From positions 9,636 through 73,635 of the IMG/VR virus record IMGVR_UViG_3300036045_000005: a stretch of DNA of 64,000 nt; one strand, 5' to 3'. Under the pieces are notes generated by a model, which was not told the origin of the DNA, ran no database searches, and worked only from the letters and a program-made list of their open reading frames with translations. Position numbers and translations under genes: made by a program. Each line of letters starts with the position of its first letter. Position 1 is the stretch's first letter. This document shows, piece by piece, positions 28,083 through 37,984 of the stretch. This stretch comes from a virus.

Positions 28083-28175
28083 GGGGTTCCTCCTGTTTGG
28101 TGAAACAACGCTAAGATGGGGTTAGTATAAGTGCGGTAGGGGACGGCCGTCAAACAATTCCCTTCCCCCTGCTAA

Positions 28176-28284
28176 TTGACCCCTATCCTTTGATAATGTA
28201 AAATTAAATCAAATCGAATTTAGCCCCTCTGGGAAACTTCCACAGCGGCTCGTGAGAACCCACTCACGAGCCGCCTTTTTGTTT
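28176..28284 (+). promoter_or_regulatory. Promoter plus late-operon leader/attenuator element, copy 3
   Basis: TTGACC-17-TAAAAT; GCCCCTCT(28223)..CACAGCGGC; 12-bp stem at 28245-28274 with T-tract before the tape measure start. Confidence 0.8.
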
Positions 28285-28286
28285 GA

Positions 28287-30770
28287 ATGAATGAAAAACG
28301 GCTAGGAATCCGAATCATCACCCAATACGACGGCAAGGGCGCAGGTCAAGCCGAGCAATCGGTCAAGGGCCTAAGCGGCGCCCTGGGCAATTTAGGGAAG
28401 ATTAGCGCGGCCGTTGGCGGGGCGGGGCTGCTCCTCAAGATTGGGCGGGATGCCATTCAGACAGCCAGCAATATCGAGGAGATGCAGAGCAAGTTTAACG
28501 TCGTCTTTGGCTCCTCCGGCGATAGTGTCACCAGCCAGCTTGAACAATTTGGCGAGCAGGCTAACCGTTCACTCTACGATTTACAGGGGTTTGCAGCCAG
28601 TTTCCAGGATACGTTTGTGCCGTTGGGCTTTGCCCGTGAACAGGCGGCGGAACTCTCTGTTGGCCTGACCAAACTGACCGAGGATTTAGCCAGCTTCAAC
28701 AACCTGGCCTCTTCCGATGTAGCGGCCAACCTAAGCAGTGCGCTAGTGGGCAACCATGAGGCGGTGCGCTCCTTTGGTATTGTCATCACCGAGACAACGC
28801 TCAAAGCGGAACTGGCGGCCAACGGTTGGGATAATCTGACCGGCGCGGCGTTGGAGCAGGCCAAAGTCCAGGCGCGGCTGAACATCATCATGCGTTCCAC
28901 AACGGACGCGCAAGGTGATGCGATTCGTACCTCTGATAGTTACGCCAACCAGGTGCGGGGTATGCAGGCGGCGTGGCAAGAGTTCCTGGCAACATTGGGC
29001 ACGGCCGCTCTGCCAGTAGCAACGGCCGCCGTGCAAAATCTCGCTGAAGCAGCCAGACAGGTATCCACCGACATTAAACCATCCATCGCTGCCCTCACTG
29101 GCGAATATGGCAACGCTGTTGAGGAGATGATCGCCGACAACATCCAGGGCGCAAAGACGCTGGAGGATTTGGCGGCTGAGGGCGCGAAGCTATCCAGCAC
29201 CTACAACATGCTGGGTGGCTTTGCTGGGCATGTGACTGGCACCCATCACCAGATGCGGGAGGGGATTCTGGCGACCGGTCGTGCGATGGCGGCGCAGGCA
29301 GGTTCGTTTGGTGAGTTTGAGACGGCTGTTTCTTCCTTCACCGGTGTTGCCCGGCGCGAGTTTGAACTGTATGTGGAGACGCTGGGAATGACGGTTGAGG
29401 AGTATTACAACCTGGTTCATGCGGCGGCGGCTGTCGAATCCAGCGACAAGGCCATGCTCACGGCCGCCCAGAATGTCGGCTACCAGATGGAGCAGAACAG
29501 TGAAACCCTGGCAACGGGTAGCGGTATGGCCCAGATGTATGCAGACAAAGCCATTGCTGCCGATGAAGCCTCCCGTAAGTTTGCCATTGGGCTGGAACAG
29601 CAGCGGCTGGCGACGATTGCCGCTAACACCGCTCTGGTGAGTGCATTTAACGCAACGGCCGAGCCCGTCCAGGCTTTCCTGGCAGCGCAACAACAATCCC
29701 TGGATGCTCAAGGTGAGTGGGTGACTTATACCCGGAATAACGCGGGGGAGATTGCCGACATTTCCGAGCAGTTGGCGGCCGACCTGACGGAAGACCAGCG
29801 CACAGCCTGGGAAGAAACCCTCAAGAACACAACCGAAGGTAGCGCGGAATGGCTGACTGCCTGGAAAGCGTTGCAAGCTGACCTGACCGCCACGCAACGA
29901 GCCGAACTGATCGCCCAACGTGCCGATCTAGAAGCGGCCGGTGAGACCGTCGGCTCTGCTTACACCGGCAGCATTGAGGACATGCAGGCGGCCAAAGACG
30001 CGGCCATTGAAGCGAACAACGCGATTATCGCTTCTTACCAGCAGCTGGCCCTGGAGGGCAGCCTGGCCCTGGCGGAAGCATCGCCAGACCCGGAGGCGTT
30101 GCAGCGTACCTTAGATTATGCGGTGGCGATTGGGGCGATGAGCCAGGCGGAGGCGGACTTGCGACTGGAAGCGGCGAATACCCGCCTGGAGATTGAGGCC
30201 CTGAATCAAAAGGTGGTGGAAGGCTCAATCACTACCGCAGACGCGGCCGTGATGTACGACGAGCTAACGTCCAGTCAGGGGCGGGCGGCGGATGCCTCCG
30301 GTCGGTTGACGGAAGAAGGGGCAAAAATCGGGGCTGGCTTTCTGGAATCACTGCCGGGCATTGATCAGGTCATTGAACGCCTGAACGCCCTGGACGGCCG
30401 TCACGTGCGAACGACCGTAGAAACCAATTACGTTAGCACTGGCGAACCGGGAAAGGCGGCGGGCGGGGATAAAGATGAGGAGGTTGGCTCAACCACCGGT
30501 GGGGGCGGCCGGGCATTTGGTGGGCTGGTTTATCCCAACCGCTTATACACAGTTGGCGAACGTGGGCCGGAAGTGTTCATGCCTTCAACGGCTGGACACA
30601 TCATCCCAAATCACAAATTGGGCGGGTTAGACATGGGCAGCATTAACGTCAACGGGCCGTTGATTGGTACCGTCATTCAACAACCAGGCGAATCAGCTAC
30701 CGAACTGGCAAACCGCATTAGCCAGATATTGGCTAAACGTTCCCGGCAAATTCGGGTGGCAGGAGGGTAG
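28287..30770 (+). CDS. Tape measure protein
   Basis: 827 aa, Ala-rich helical; EE..SKFNVVFG, DLASFNN, C-terminal RA.GG.V.....Y.VGE.GPE.F.P...G.IIPN. Confidence 0.92.
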   Translation: MNEKRLGIRIITQYDGKGAGQAEQSVKGLSGALGNLGKISAAVGGAGLLLKIGRDAIQTASNIEEMQSKFNVVFGSSGDSVTSQLEQFGEQANRSLYDLQGFAASFQDTFVPLGFAREQAAELSVGLTKLTEDLASFNNLASSDVAANLSSALVGNHEAVRSFGIVITETTLKAELAANGWDNLTGAALEQAKVQARLNIIMRSTTDAQGDAIRTSDSYANQVRGMQAAWQEFLATLGTAALPVATAAVQNLAEAARQVSTDIKPSIAALTGEYGNAVEEMIADNIQGAKTLEDLAAEGAKLSSTYNMLGGFAGHVTGTHHQMREGILATGRAMAAQAGSFGEFETAVSSFTGVARREFELYVETLGMTVEEYYNLVHAAAAVESSDKAMLTAAQNVGYQMEQNSETLATGSGMAQMYADKAIAADEASRKFAIGLEQQRLATIAANTALVSAFNATAEPVQAFLAAQQQSLDAQGEWVTYTRNNAGEIADISEQLAADLTEDQRTAWEETLKNTTEGSAEWLTAWKALQADLTATQRAELIAQRADLEAAGETVGSAYTGSIEDMQAAKDAAIEANNAIIASYQQLALEGSLALAEASPDPEALQRTLDYAVAIGAMSQAEADLRLEAANTRLEIEALNQKVVEGSITTADAAVMYDELTSSQGRAADASGRLTEEGAKIGAGFLESLPGIDQVIERLNALDGRHVRTTVETNYVSTGEPGKAAGGDKDEEVGSTTGGGGRAFGGLVYPNRLYTVGERGPEVFMPSTAGHIIPNHKLGGLDMGSINVNGPLIGTVIQQPGESATELANRISQILAKRSRQIRVAGG

Positions 30771-33269
30771 ATGGGCTACATCGCATACCTAAAGCGCGGC
30801 GCAAAAACACTCCGGCTGGATGAAGCACCTTTCGAGGTGGATGCGGAGAGCTTCGTCCCGCCCGCCACGCAGGAAGAACCCTTGCTCGCCTTTGGCACAA
30901 GTGCGAACCGTTACGGTGGCAGCAACAAGGTGTCTGAACGGGCGTTTGATGTGGAGTTCAATTTGCCAGTGGTGGTGACAGGGCGGAGCGAAGCGGCCGT
31001 GCGCCTGAATGGGCAGCAGTTGGCTGCCTTCCTCGAGTCGGGCACAAAGGCTGATCCCGTTTTCTTCTGCTGGAAGGGCAATGATGATGTCTCGGTGGAG
31101 CCTCTTTGGGGGCAATACGGTGCGCCTGTTCGCTACGAGATTATTCACGCGGGCACACCTCAGGTAGATGATTTTTACCGCATGGGCGACCAGCGGAAGT
31201 ATGCAGCGGGGTACAACGCAACGCTGCGGGTGAAGCCGTATGCTCAGGGCTTGCCGCAGCGATTTGGTAGTGCGGCAGGCGGGATTGTAGAAGACAATTT
31301 TGGCACGGCCGATGGCCGTTCGCGGGGGCTGATCATTCCAGAGGCCATCACGAATAAGTTCACAAACTCAGTGTTTGGGCACTCAACATGGAACAACGGA
31401 TGGACGGCCGGGAGTAGCCTGACGGCGACAGAGAACAATGACCCGGAATTTGTTCTACCGGGGACGCGGGCCAGCGCCACACTGTTTAGCAACAGCACGT
31501 CCAACAATACATTTACCCAGTCCATTAACGTGGGCAACACCAACACCCATTGCCTCAGCGTTTACGCCAAGAGACATGATGGCGGGGCGATTGATAGCAA
31601 CCCTACGGAATTTTGGTTGTATTACAACAACCAGAAGCCAAGCTATACCTACACCTATCAGGCGATAGGTAATGGCTGGTATCGGGTTTCCGTGACGGTA
31701 ACAGGGATCAATTCGGCCGTTAATACTGGTGTTCAGGTGGTAAATGGGCAGAGCATCACCGTTGCCGGTTTCCAATTGGAGCAATTGGAATATCCAACCC
31801 CGCTTTGTTACGGCGATTTACTTGGCTGCGCCTGGTCGGGAACGGCCCACGCCAGTACATCTACCCGCACAGTTGCGCGGTGGCGAATTCCCGCACCCAC
31901 TCTACTGTCTACCAATGCAGGCACATTGCGGGTTGTTGTTAAGATGTCTCAGGCTGATGATCGGCCGTTAGATGCCACATATTTCCATGACACGATTGGC
32001 GGTATGATCTTCGGTTTCAACAGCGGCGCAGCCACCTTTTTTTTCACGGATGGCACAAATACAGCCACCTCGTCGGCACAATCCTTTGACCAGGGGGATG
32101 TGCTAATTTTCCATTGCGTTTACAGCACCGGTCTGTTCGGAAGTGGTGGATTGCAGATTTACCGTGATGGCACGGAGATTGCCAGCGACAATACTTACAC
32201 ACCACGAGAGTTTGGCGATTATTTCTACCTCGGCACAACGGAAGTGGGGGGGTTCCCTGGCAACGACACGTTCTCTGATTTCGCCATTTTCGACCGGGCG
32301 TTGACGGCCGGAGAGATTTTAGCCGATGCTACCAATATCAGTGCCTTCGTCAACGGCGGCGACGGCCTGGGGCAGTGCCTCTCGCCCATCCCCTGGTTGT
32401 GGACGGATGACGGCGACGATGTGCTAGAGGGCTGCGACGACAACTGGTGTGTTATTGGGGGAATACCTGGCAACACACCCTCGTCGCGCCTGCAATTTGC
32501 TGCTAGCTACTCTACTCAGCTCTCAAATGCCCGTACATTTTGGCTAGACAACCTGCCCTTAGAACAGTTTGTAAGCCCAATGGATAACAAGTTTTACGAC
32601 CTATCTGGCGTGGCAGAAGCAGGCACGTGTGGAGGGGAGGCTGTGGCCGCCAATGTGGGTTCATCTGAGGGTGTGGTGGGTAATGCACAGGTGGCACGAC
32701 CTGACCTGCTGAGGGGGAGAGACATTCAGGTGATTGCCCGGATGAGGGACATTGGTACGGCCGTTTGGGTCAAGTTCAGGCAAGGGCTGGGTAATGATGG
32801 CCTGGACACGGATTTTAAGCCCCTAACCACCGATACCACCTACCGGCTTTACGAGATCGGTCGTTCTTATTTTGCCAGTCCAGCAAAGATGATGGATGGG
32901 GTTATTGAGGAGGTGTTGGGCGGGGCCTCTAATACCGTTAAGATTGTTGCCAGGCGTGATTCTGGTTCGCCTGCGTTGTATATTGATTACCTTGCCCTGT
33001 TGTTTAACGCCATGAAGTTGGTGGACAGGGTAGGCAACAACATCACCATCTTTTACGACAACGGTAAGGCGGTTACAAGTTCATCCACATCTTTGCCCCT
33101 GACTTTTAACGGTAACAGTGTGGAGGTATACGGCCGTTCTCTGGAGCTGCATCCCCATAAATACAACATTATCAATTGGTATCCTGGCGACAACACTACC
33201 GCGCCAGCGATTACCGTGACCTGGACTTTCCGGGGAATTTGGATAACGCCCCTTTGGTCAATTCACTAA
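30771..33269 (+). CDS. Distal tail-like protein with carbohydrate-binding and LamG-like insertions
   Basis: Follows tape measure gene; GL.I.EA.TN...N..F, GNGWYR, QLE....PTP, AIFDRALTA.EI. Confidence 0.75.
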   Translation: MGYIAYLKRGAKTLRLDEAPFEVDAESFVPPATQEEPLLAFGTSANRYGGSNKVSERAFDVEFNLPVVVTGRSEAAVRLNGQQLAAFLESGTKADPVFFCWKGNDDVSVEPLWGQYGAPVRYEIIHAGTPQVDDFYRMGDQRKYAAGYNATLRVKPYAQGLPQRFGSAAGGIVEDNFGTADGRSRGLIIPEAITNKFTNSVFGHSTWNNGWTAGSSLTATENNDPEFVLPGTRASATLFSNSTSNNTFTQSINVGNTNTHCLSVYAKRHDGGAIDSNPTEFWLYYNNQKPSYTYTYQAIGNGWYRVSVTVTGINSAVNTGVQVVNGQSITVAGFQLEQLEYPTPLCYGDLLGCAWSGTAHASTSTRTVARWRIPAPTLLSTNAGTLRVVVKMSQADDRPLDATYFHDTIGGMIFGFNSGAATFFFTDGTNTATSSAQSFDQGDVLIFHCVYSTGLFGSGGLQIYRDGTEIASDNTYTPREFGDYFYLGTTEVGGFPGNDTFSDFAIFDRALTAGEILADATNISAFVNGGDGLGQCLSPIPWLWTDDGDDVLEGCDDNWCVIGGIPGNTPSSRLQFAASYSTQLSNARTFWLDNLPLEQFVSPMDNKFYDLSGVAEAGTCGGEAVAANVGSSEGVVGNAQVARPDLLRGRDIQVIARMRDIGTAVWVKFRQGLGNDGLDTDFKPLTTDTTYRLYEIGRSYFASPAKMMDGVIEEVLGGASNTVKIVARRDSGSPALYIDYLALLFNAMKLVDRVGNNITIFYDNGKAVTSSSTSLPLTFNGNSVEVYGRSLELHPHKYNIINWYPGDNTTAPAITVTWTFRGIWITPLWSIH

Positions 33270-35761
33270 TGAGCGACTTAACCCTGGCTGCCTTCCAGAA
33301 GTTCAGCACTACGCCTCGCCTCGAGCCGGCCAACGACCTGGACGATGCCTCTATCACCCATTTGGCGCGGGGGCTGCAAGGGCCAGCCGAAGCGGAACTG
33401 TTTATCCCGCGTGAGGTAGAGACACCCTTGCTGCTAAACGGAAGTGACCGGCTGGTGATTTATGACGGGCAGACGGCCGTGCATGAAGGCATGGTGACTG
33501 GGCGCGGCTTCCAAATGGGGCAGGGGGCAGAACAAGGCGTGAGCATCGAAGCCCCTGGCTTTTGGGGGGCACTGCTGGCACGGCGCACGATTGATAAACG
33601 CTGGGCGGATAACAGACTGACGGAAGAAATCTGGACGGAAGACCTAAATGCGCAGACGAGCAAGTTTCGCCTGAACCGCCAGCATTTTCGGCTGGTCTTT
33701 ACGCCTGTAAATGGCGAGAGCTACGTGGACGGAGATATGTACGCGGTGAGTTACGGTATGCCGTCCGGCGAAACTATTAAGAAGGTGGTTTTTTCTTACG
33801 AATTTAGCGAGGTGGCCGTCTTGTCGCCTGCGGCCGCCCGCCATAACGACGACGCGGATAATGCCAACACGTTCACCGATTTGCCCACCGCTATTGACGG
33901 CGATCCAGGTACTGGCCCCAATGTCACCCTTTCTTCGGACGATTATTTGTATATCCGGGTGCCTAAAGATGTAGAGGCTGATGGTCTCCGGTTCAATGTG
34001 GGCAGTAGTGTCAACAACAACGCGGCCACTATGGGCCTGGAGAAATATACGGGCAAGCCACGAGACAACACCCCGCTTTCCGCCCAACATAACAACGGCG
34101 GCGCGTTCACCGTGTTAACCAACGCCTTTGACAACAACGCAGGCACGAGTGTCAACGTCACCCTGACCAAAGATGATTATCTCTATATCCGTTCCCACAC
34201 GGCGCAAATTCGCGGCCTACGTTTCGATCTAGGAGGAACGGTAAACACCAACGAAGCCCGTCTACGGGTGCAGCGATACAACGCGGATACTGGCGGTTGG
34301 ACATCTATTACACCGGAAGAGAATCAGGTGGAGAGTAAAGGCACCAATGACATGATGCCGTTCACCAAAGACGGTTCGCTTCTGTGGTCTGAGGATGTGG
34401 TTACTGGGGCAACAACGGTGAATGGCATGGCCGGATTGTGGTGGCGGATCACGCCATCGGCTGACCTGACGGCCGTCACCATCAACGAGATTTATGTGCT
34501 GACGGGTTGGGAGAGTGTGACGATTGCCGATGGCACGGCCTCAGGCGGGGCAACGCTGGCCCAAGACGGTGACATTACCTTTACTTATGCAGCGGACTGG
34601 AAAGAGATTCGGATCAACGACGAGCGCGGGTTCTGGTTGCGCTTACGGCCGTCGGCCACGCTGGATGCCGTCACCTTCCTGGAAATCGAACTGCTAGATC
34701 GGCAAGAATGGGAGTTGCGCCTGCGTGATCGGGGTGCAGGCACTACGATATGGAATGTGACGGCCGATGATTCAGACACGGCCACTCTAACCATTATTGC
34801 TCCCACAACCCCCCTGTATTTTGAGTTTATCTCACGAGGCAACCAACGTGGCTATGGCAATGGCACCGTTTTTGCCAGCCTGGTTAGCCTCACCGTTTAC
34901 TCGGAAACATCAGACATTAACCTGACCGAGATTGCGCGGGACTGTATTGATACCCTGTCGGCCGAAGGTGTGTTGAATAGCACCGAGGTGTATCTCAATG
35001 CACCAGCCTCTCCCCTGGCTCTGGAACCATTTCATACGGTGGGGCCAGAAAGTTGGGCCTCTATTTTATCTCGTGCTGCCTCATTCGGTGACGAAGATGG
35101 CAATGAATGGCGAGTTTATCTCCGGCCGTCTGATGATGCACCTACCCCTGACGGCCGTCCCGTGCTGGCGGTGTCGCAATACCCGGCATTGACTGAAGCA
35201 GCTTACGCGGTGACACCAGAGGAACTGGAGGCATCAGTTGAAATTATCCAGGACTTTGCCTCACTGGTGAATATGGTGGTCGTGCGCTACACAGAAGATG
35301 GTGAGGGTAGCGGCTACGTTGAATTTGAGGATGAGGCCAGCATTGAGAAATGGGGAGAGTTTCACCTGGATAGTCCATTGGATATTGGGTTTGCTTCCGA
35401 CTCTACTGCCATCGGGATTGGCACTCGTTATCTGGCGGCGCACAAAGACCCGAAGTTCATTGTTTCTGGGCCACTGCGAATGAAGGGTTACATCCGCAAT
35501 GAGGGTGGTGGGCAAACGCCTGTCGCCCAAATCAAGGCGGGGGTGAACATTCGCCTGGAGAACTTCCTGGAAGACGTGGCCCAGGTCAGCGGGGCGGGGC
35601 TGACCTTCCGCATTACGCGAGTGACGTATGACGATGTGACGGAGACGGCCGAGATTTATACCGGGTTGGTGCCAGATGCAATTGAGATATTACTGGCGCA
35701 GCAGGCATTGGGGCTGGCGGCCGTTGTTGGCGGTCAGCCAGACCAAAGGGCATGGCGATAA
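33269..35761 (+). CDS. Tail hub/tip protein with nested duplicated domain
   Basis: Position after the distal tail gene; S..KWG and I..V.YD hub-like motifs. Confidence 0.7.
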   Translation: MSDLTLAAFQKFSTTPRLEPANDLDDASITHLARGLQGPAEAELFIPREVETPLLLNGSDRLVIYDGQTAVHEGMVTGRGFQMGQGAEQGVSIEAPGFWGALLARRTIDKRWADNRLTEEIWTEDLNAQTSKFRLNRQHFRLVFTPVNGESYVDGDMYAVSYGMPSGETIKKVVFSYEFSEVAVLSPAAARHNDDADNANTFTDLPTAIDGDPGTGPNVTLSSDDYLYIRVPKDVEADGLRFNVGSSVNNNAATMGLEKYTGKPRDNTPLSAQHNNGGAFTVLTNAFDNNAGTSVNVTLTKDDYLYIRSHTAQIRGLRFDLGGTVNTNEARLRVQRYNADTGGWTSITPEENQVESKGTNDMMPFTKDGSLLWSEDVVTGATTVNGMAGLWWRITPSADLTAVTINEIYVLTGWESVTIADGTASGGATLAQDGDITFTYAADWKEIRINDERGFWLRLRPSATLDAVTFLEIELLDRQEWELRLRDRGAGTTIWNVTADDSDTATLTIIAPTTPLYFEFISRGNQRGYGNGTVFASLVSLTVYSETSDINLTEIARDCIDTLSAEGVLNSTEVYLNAPASPLALEPFHTVGPESWASILSRAASFGDEDGNEWRVYLRPSDDAPTPDGRPVLAVSQYPALTEAAYAVTPEELEASVEIIQDFASLVNMVVVRYTEDGEGSGYVEFEDEASIEKWGEFHLDSPLDIGFASDSTAIGIGTRYLAAHKDPKFIVSGPLRMKGYIRNEGGGQTPVAQIKAGVNIRLENFLEDVAQVSGAGLTFRITRVTYDDVTETAEIYTGLVPDAIEILLAQQALGLAAVVGGQPDQRAWR

Positions 35762-35958
35762 TGAAACGATGTAGATGGCCACTACTGTCATTGATTGCGT
35801 TGATAGCGATATTGGTTCTGCTCCTGGCTCAGGCACAGGCAAGTGTACGGCCGCGACTGTGGCTGATTGATCCCGGCGAAACGCGGCAGATTGGTTGTGC
35901 GGATGGCAGCCGGCCGGCCGTTGAGCAGAACGGCCGACTGTTTGCGAGTTGTCCATGA
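35761..35958 (+). CDS. Small secreted protein
   Basis: Signal peptide ending AQA; two Cys in the mature part. Confidence 0.55.
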   Translation: MKRCRWPLLSLIALIAILVLLLAQAQASVRPRLWLIDPGETRQIGCADGSRPAVEQNGRLFASCP

Positions 35959-36047
35959 CTTTGATCGTTTGCCCTTTCCTCCTTCTGCTTTTCTTGAGCA
36001 GCACATACCTGTTCTGGCGATTTGGGAAATGGCTATTCAGGGCATGA
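35955..36047 (+). CDS. 30-aa hydrophobic peptide (not in ORF track)
   Basis: MTLIVCPFLLLLFLSSTYLFWRFGKWLFRA, ATGA-coupled to the upstream gene. Confidence 0.4.
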   Translation: MTLIVCPFLLLLFLSSTYLFWRFGKWLFRA

Positions 36048-36071
36048 GGTAATTGACAACCGGAGATTATT

Positions 36072-37157
36072 ATGGCGTTTACGATTCCAAATGAAGCCGA
36101 CGCTTTTAATGCAGACCAGGCTGAACCGGACAAGGTAGACCTGGACATATTAGTGGCAGGCTACATCAATAACGGTGTGATCAACGGCTGTGCTGTTTCT
36201 GCACAAGGCTCACCCAATATGACGGTGGCGGTGGCGGCCGGGCAGGTTTGCGTGGATGGTTATTTTCCGTTTATCGCAGCGGCTAATGTCACCATTACGA
36301 CGGCTCACAGTACCAACCCGCGCATTGATTTAATTTGTGCTGATTACAATGCCGGACTTTCGGCCGTGGCGGGAACGGCGGCCGCTTCGCCTGTGCTTCC
36401 GGCCGTGCCTGCTAATAATATCTGTCTGGCGGCCGTTTACGTTCCTGCCGCAGACACGACCATTGAAAATAATCAGATAACCGACAAACGAGTTTTTGTC
36501 CTCAATAGATTTGATGAGCAGGCAGAGTTTAATGCCGGATCAACAGAGACGGGCGAGATAGGCGAATTGTGCTGGGGCGCGACGGCCGCAGGTACATCGA
36601 ATAATTCGCCGATCACGGGCACGGCAAAACATCCAGGCGTACTCAGGTTGCAGACGGGAACTACATCCGGGAACAACTCCCGCATCCATCCAGCAAACAG
36701 CGCAACAACGGCAACACTTATACCAACTGATATAGCCCGCATGAGATGGATCATCTCACCGGGCACAGTAACCACTTCCACGATCAAACTTGGTTTTGGT
36801 GTTGATCTTTCAGTGGCCACGGCTGGGGCCCTGGGATCGGCCGGGGCCTGGTTTGAGTATGATTCGGCCACCAATGCAAACTGGCGCACGGTCACGCGCC
36901 AGGCCAGCACCAGCACCACGAATACCAGCAGTGTGGCCGTCACTGCCTCAAATTGGTACGACCTGGAGATGGTGCGCTTACAGAACGGAAACTGGCAATT
37001 TGTGATCAACAAAACAATTGTCGCTACGCACAGCGCGAATTTACCGACAACGGCCAGCCTGGCCGGTGCTCTCGTGCAGACAGGTACAAGCGCGGCCCGA
37101 ATCGTAGATGTTGACTTCTACGGCGCGAATTTCAAATTGGGGCAACGGTATACATAA
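36072..37157 (+). CDS. Minor tail/receptor-binding protein
   Basis: SPNMTVAVAAG, NPRIDLI, LA.VYVPA....I....I.DKR N-terminal domain plus lectin-like C-terminal domain. Confidence 0.75.
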   Translation: MAFTIPNEADAFNADQAEPDKVDLDILVAGYINNGVINGCAVSAQGSPNMTVAVAAGQVCVDGYFPFIAAANVTITTAHSTNPRIDLICADYNAGLSAVAGTAAASPVLPAVPANNICLAAVYVPAADTTIENNQITDKRVFVLNRFDEQAEFNAGSTETGEIGELCWGATAAGTSNNSPITGTAKHPGVLRLQTGTTSGNNSRIHPANSATTATLIPTDIARMRWIISPGTVTTSTIKLGFGVDLSVATAGALGSAGAWFEYDSATNANWRTVTRQASTSTTNTSSVAVTASNWYDLEMVRLQNGNWQFVINKTIVATHSANLPTTASLAGALVQTGTSAARIVDVDFYGANFKLGQRYT

Positions 37158-37984
37158 TGGCTACTTTTGTCTTACGCAAGTCGGGAGGTGGCTCTACTCT
37201 GCGCGGTGGGGACGGGCTGAGAGGGGCGGCTGGAGGTGGTGATGTGTCCATCACCCTGGACACGCTCACGTTGGCGGGTACGGCCGTCTCACTGACAGTT
37301 GTGCCCGGCGCAGTTTCCTTAGCGATGGATACCTTGACGCTGGCCGGTTCTGTGGAAGATTTAAGCGTCATTCCTGGTGCCGTTTCTGTGCTGCTGGATG
37401 TGCTGACGCTGGCGGGCAACGTAGAGAATTTGACCGTCTTGCCCGGTGCGGTGGCTATTCTCCTGGACGTGCTGACCTTAGCCAGTTCGGTGCCGGACTT
37501 GGTGGTGAGTACCGCCGTCTCCATTCTTTTAGACCCCCTTACGCTTGCTAGTAGCGTGGAAGACCTGAATGTATTGGCCGTTACCATTATCTTCCTGAAC
37601 AGCCTGTTGCTGACCAGTACCCTGCCTGATTTGACCGTTGTGCCAGGCGGCATTGCCACTTTACTGGATGTGTTGACTTTAGCCAGCACTTTACCAGACC
37701 TAACGGTGAGTACGGCCGTTTCTATTCTGCTGGATTCCCTTACCCTGGCGGGCACGCTGCCAGACCTGACCGTTGCGCCCGGCGCGGTGGCGGTCTTGCT
37801 GGATAGCCTAACGCTGGCAAGCAGCGTTGAGGATTTAACAGTAGCCATAGGCGTGATGGCCGTCATTACCGCTTTTGGCACGGTGACATCGCCGCGACGG
37901 ACAGGCATGGTTATTTCACCGGCCAGAAGTGGCGAAGTGGAATCGCCGCGACGAGTGGGCACGGTGATTACCCAGGAGCATTAA
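37157..37984 (+). CDS. Repeat-rich virion fibre-like protein
   Basis: Nine 21-24-aa repeats of VSILLDxLTLASxxxDLTVxPGA. Confidence 0.7.
   Translation: MATFVLRKSGGGSTLRGGDGLRGAAGGGDVSITLDTLTLAGTAVSLTVVPGAVSLAMDTLTLAGSVEDLSVIPGAVSVLLDVLTLAGNVENLTVLPGAVAILLDVLTLASSVPDLVVSTAVSILLDPLTLASSVEDLNVLAVTIIFLNSLLLTSTLPDLTVVPGGIATLLDVLTLASTLPDLTVSTAVSILLDSLTLAGTLPDLTVAPGAVAVLLDSLTLASSVEDLTVAIGVMAVITAFGTVTSPRRTGMVISPARSGEVESPRRVGTVITQEH

Noticed and set aside
37132-37962. 276-aa minus-strand ORF, and other long antisense ORFs such as 8316-9128 and 56649-57449
   Set aside because: These are shadows of well-supported + strand genes in GC-rich DNA, with no motifs or RBS of their own.
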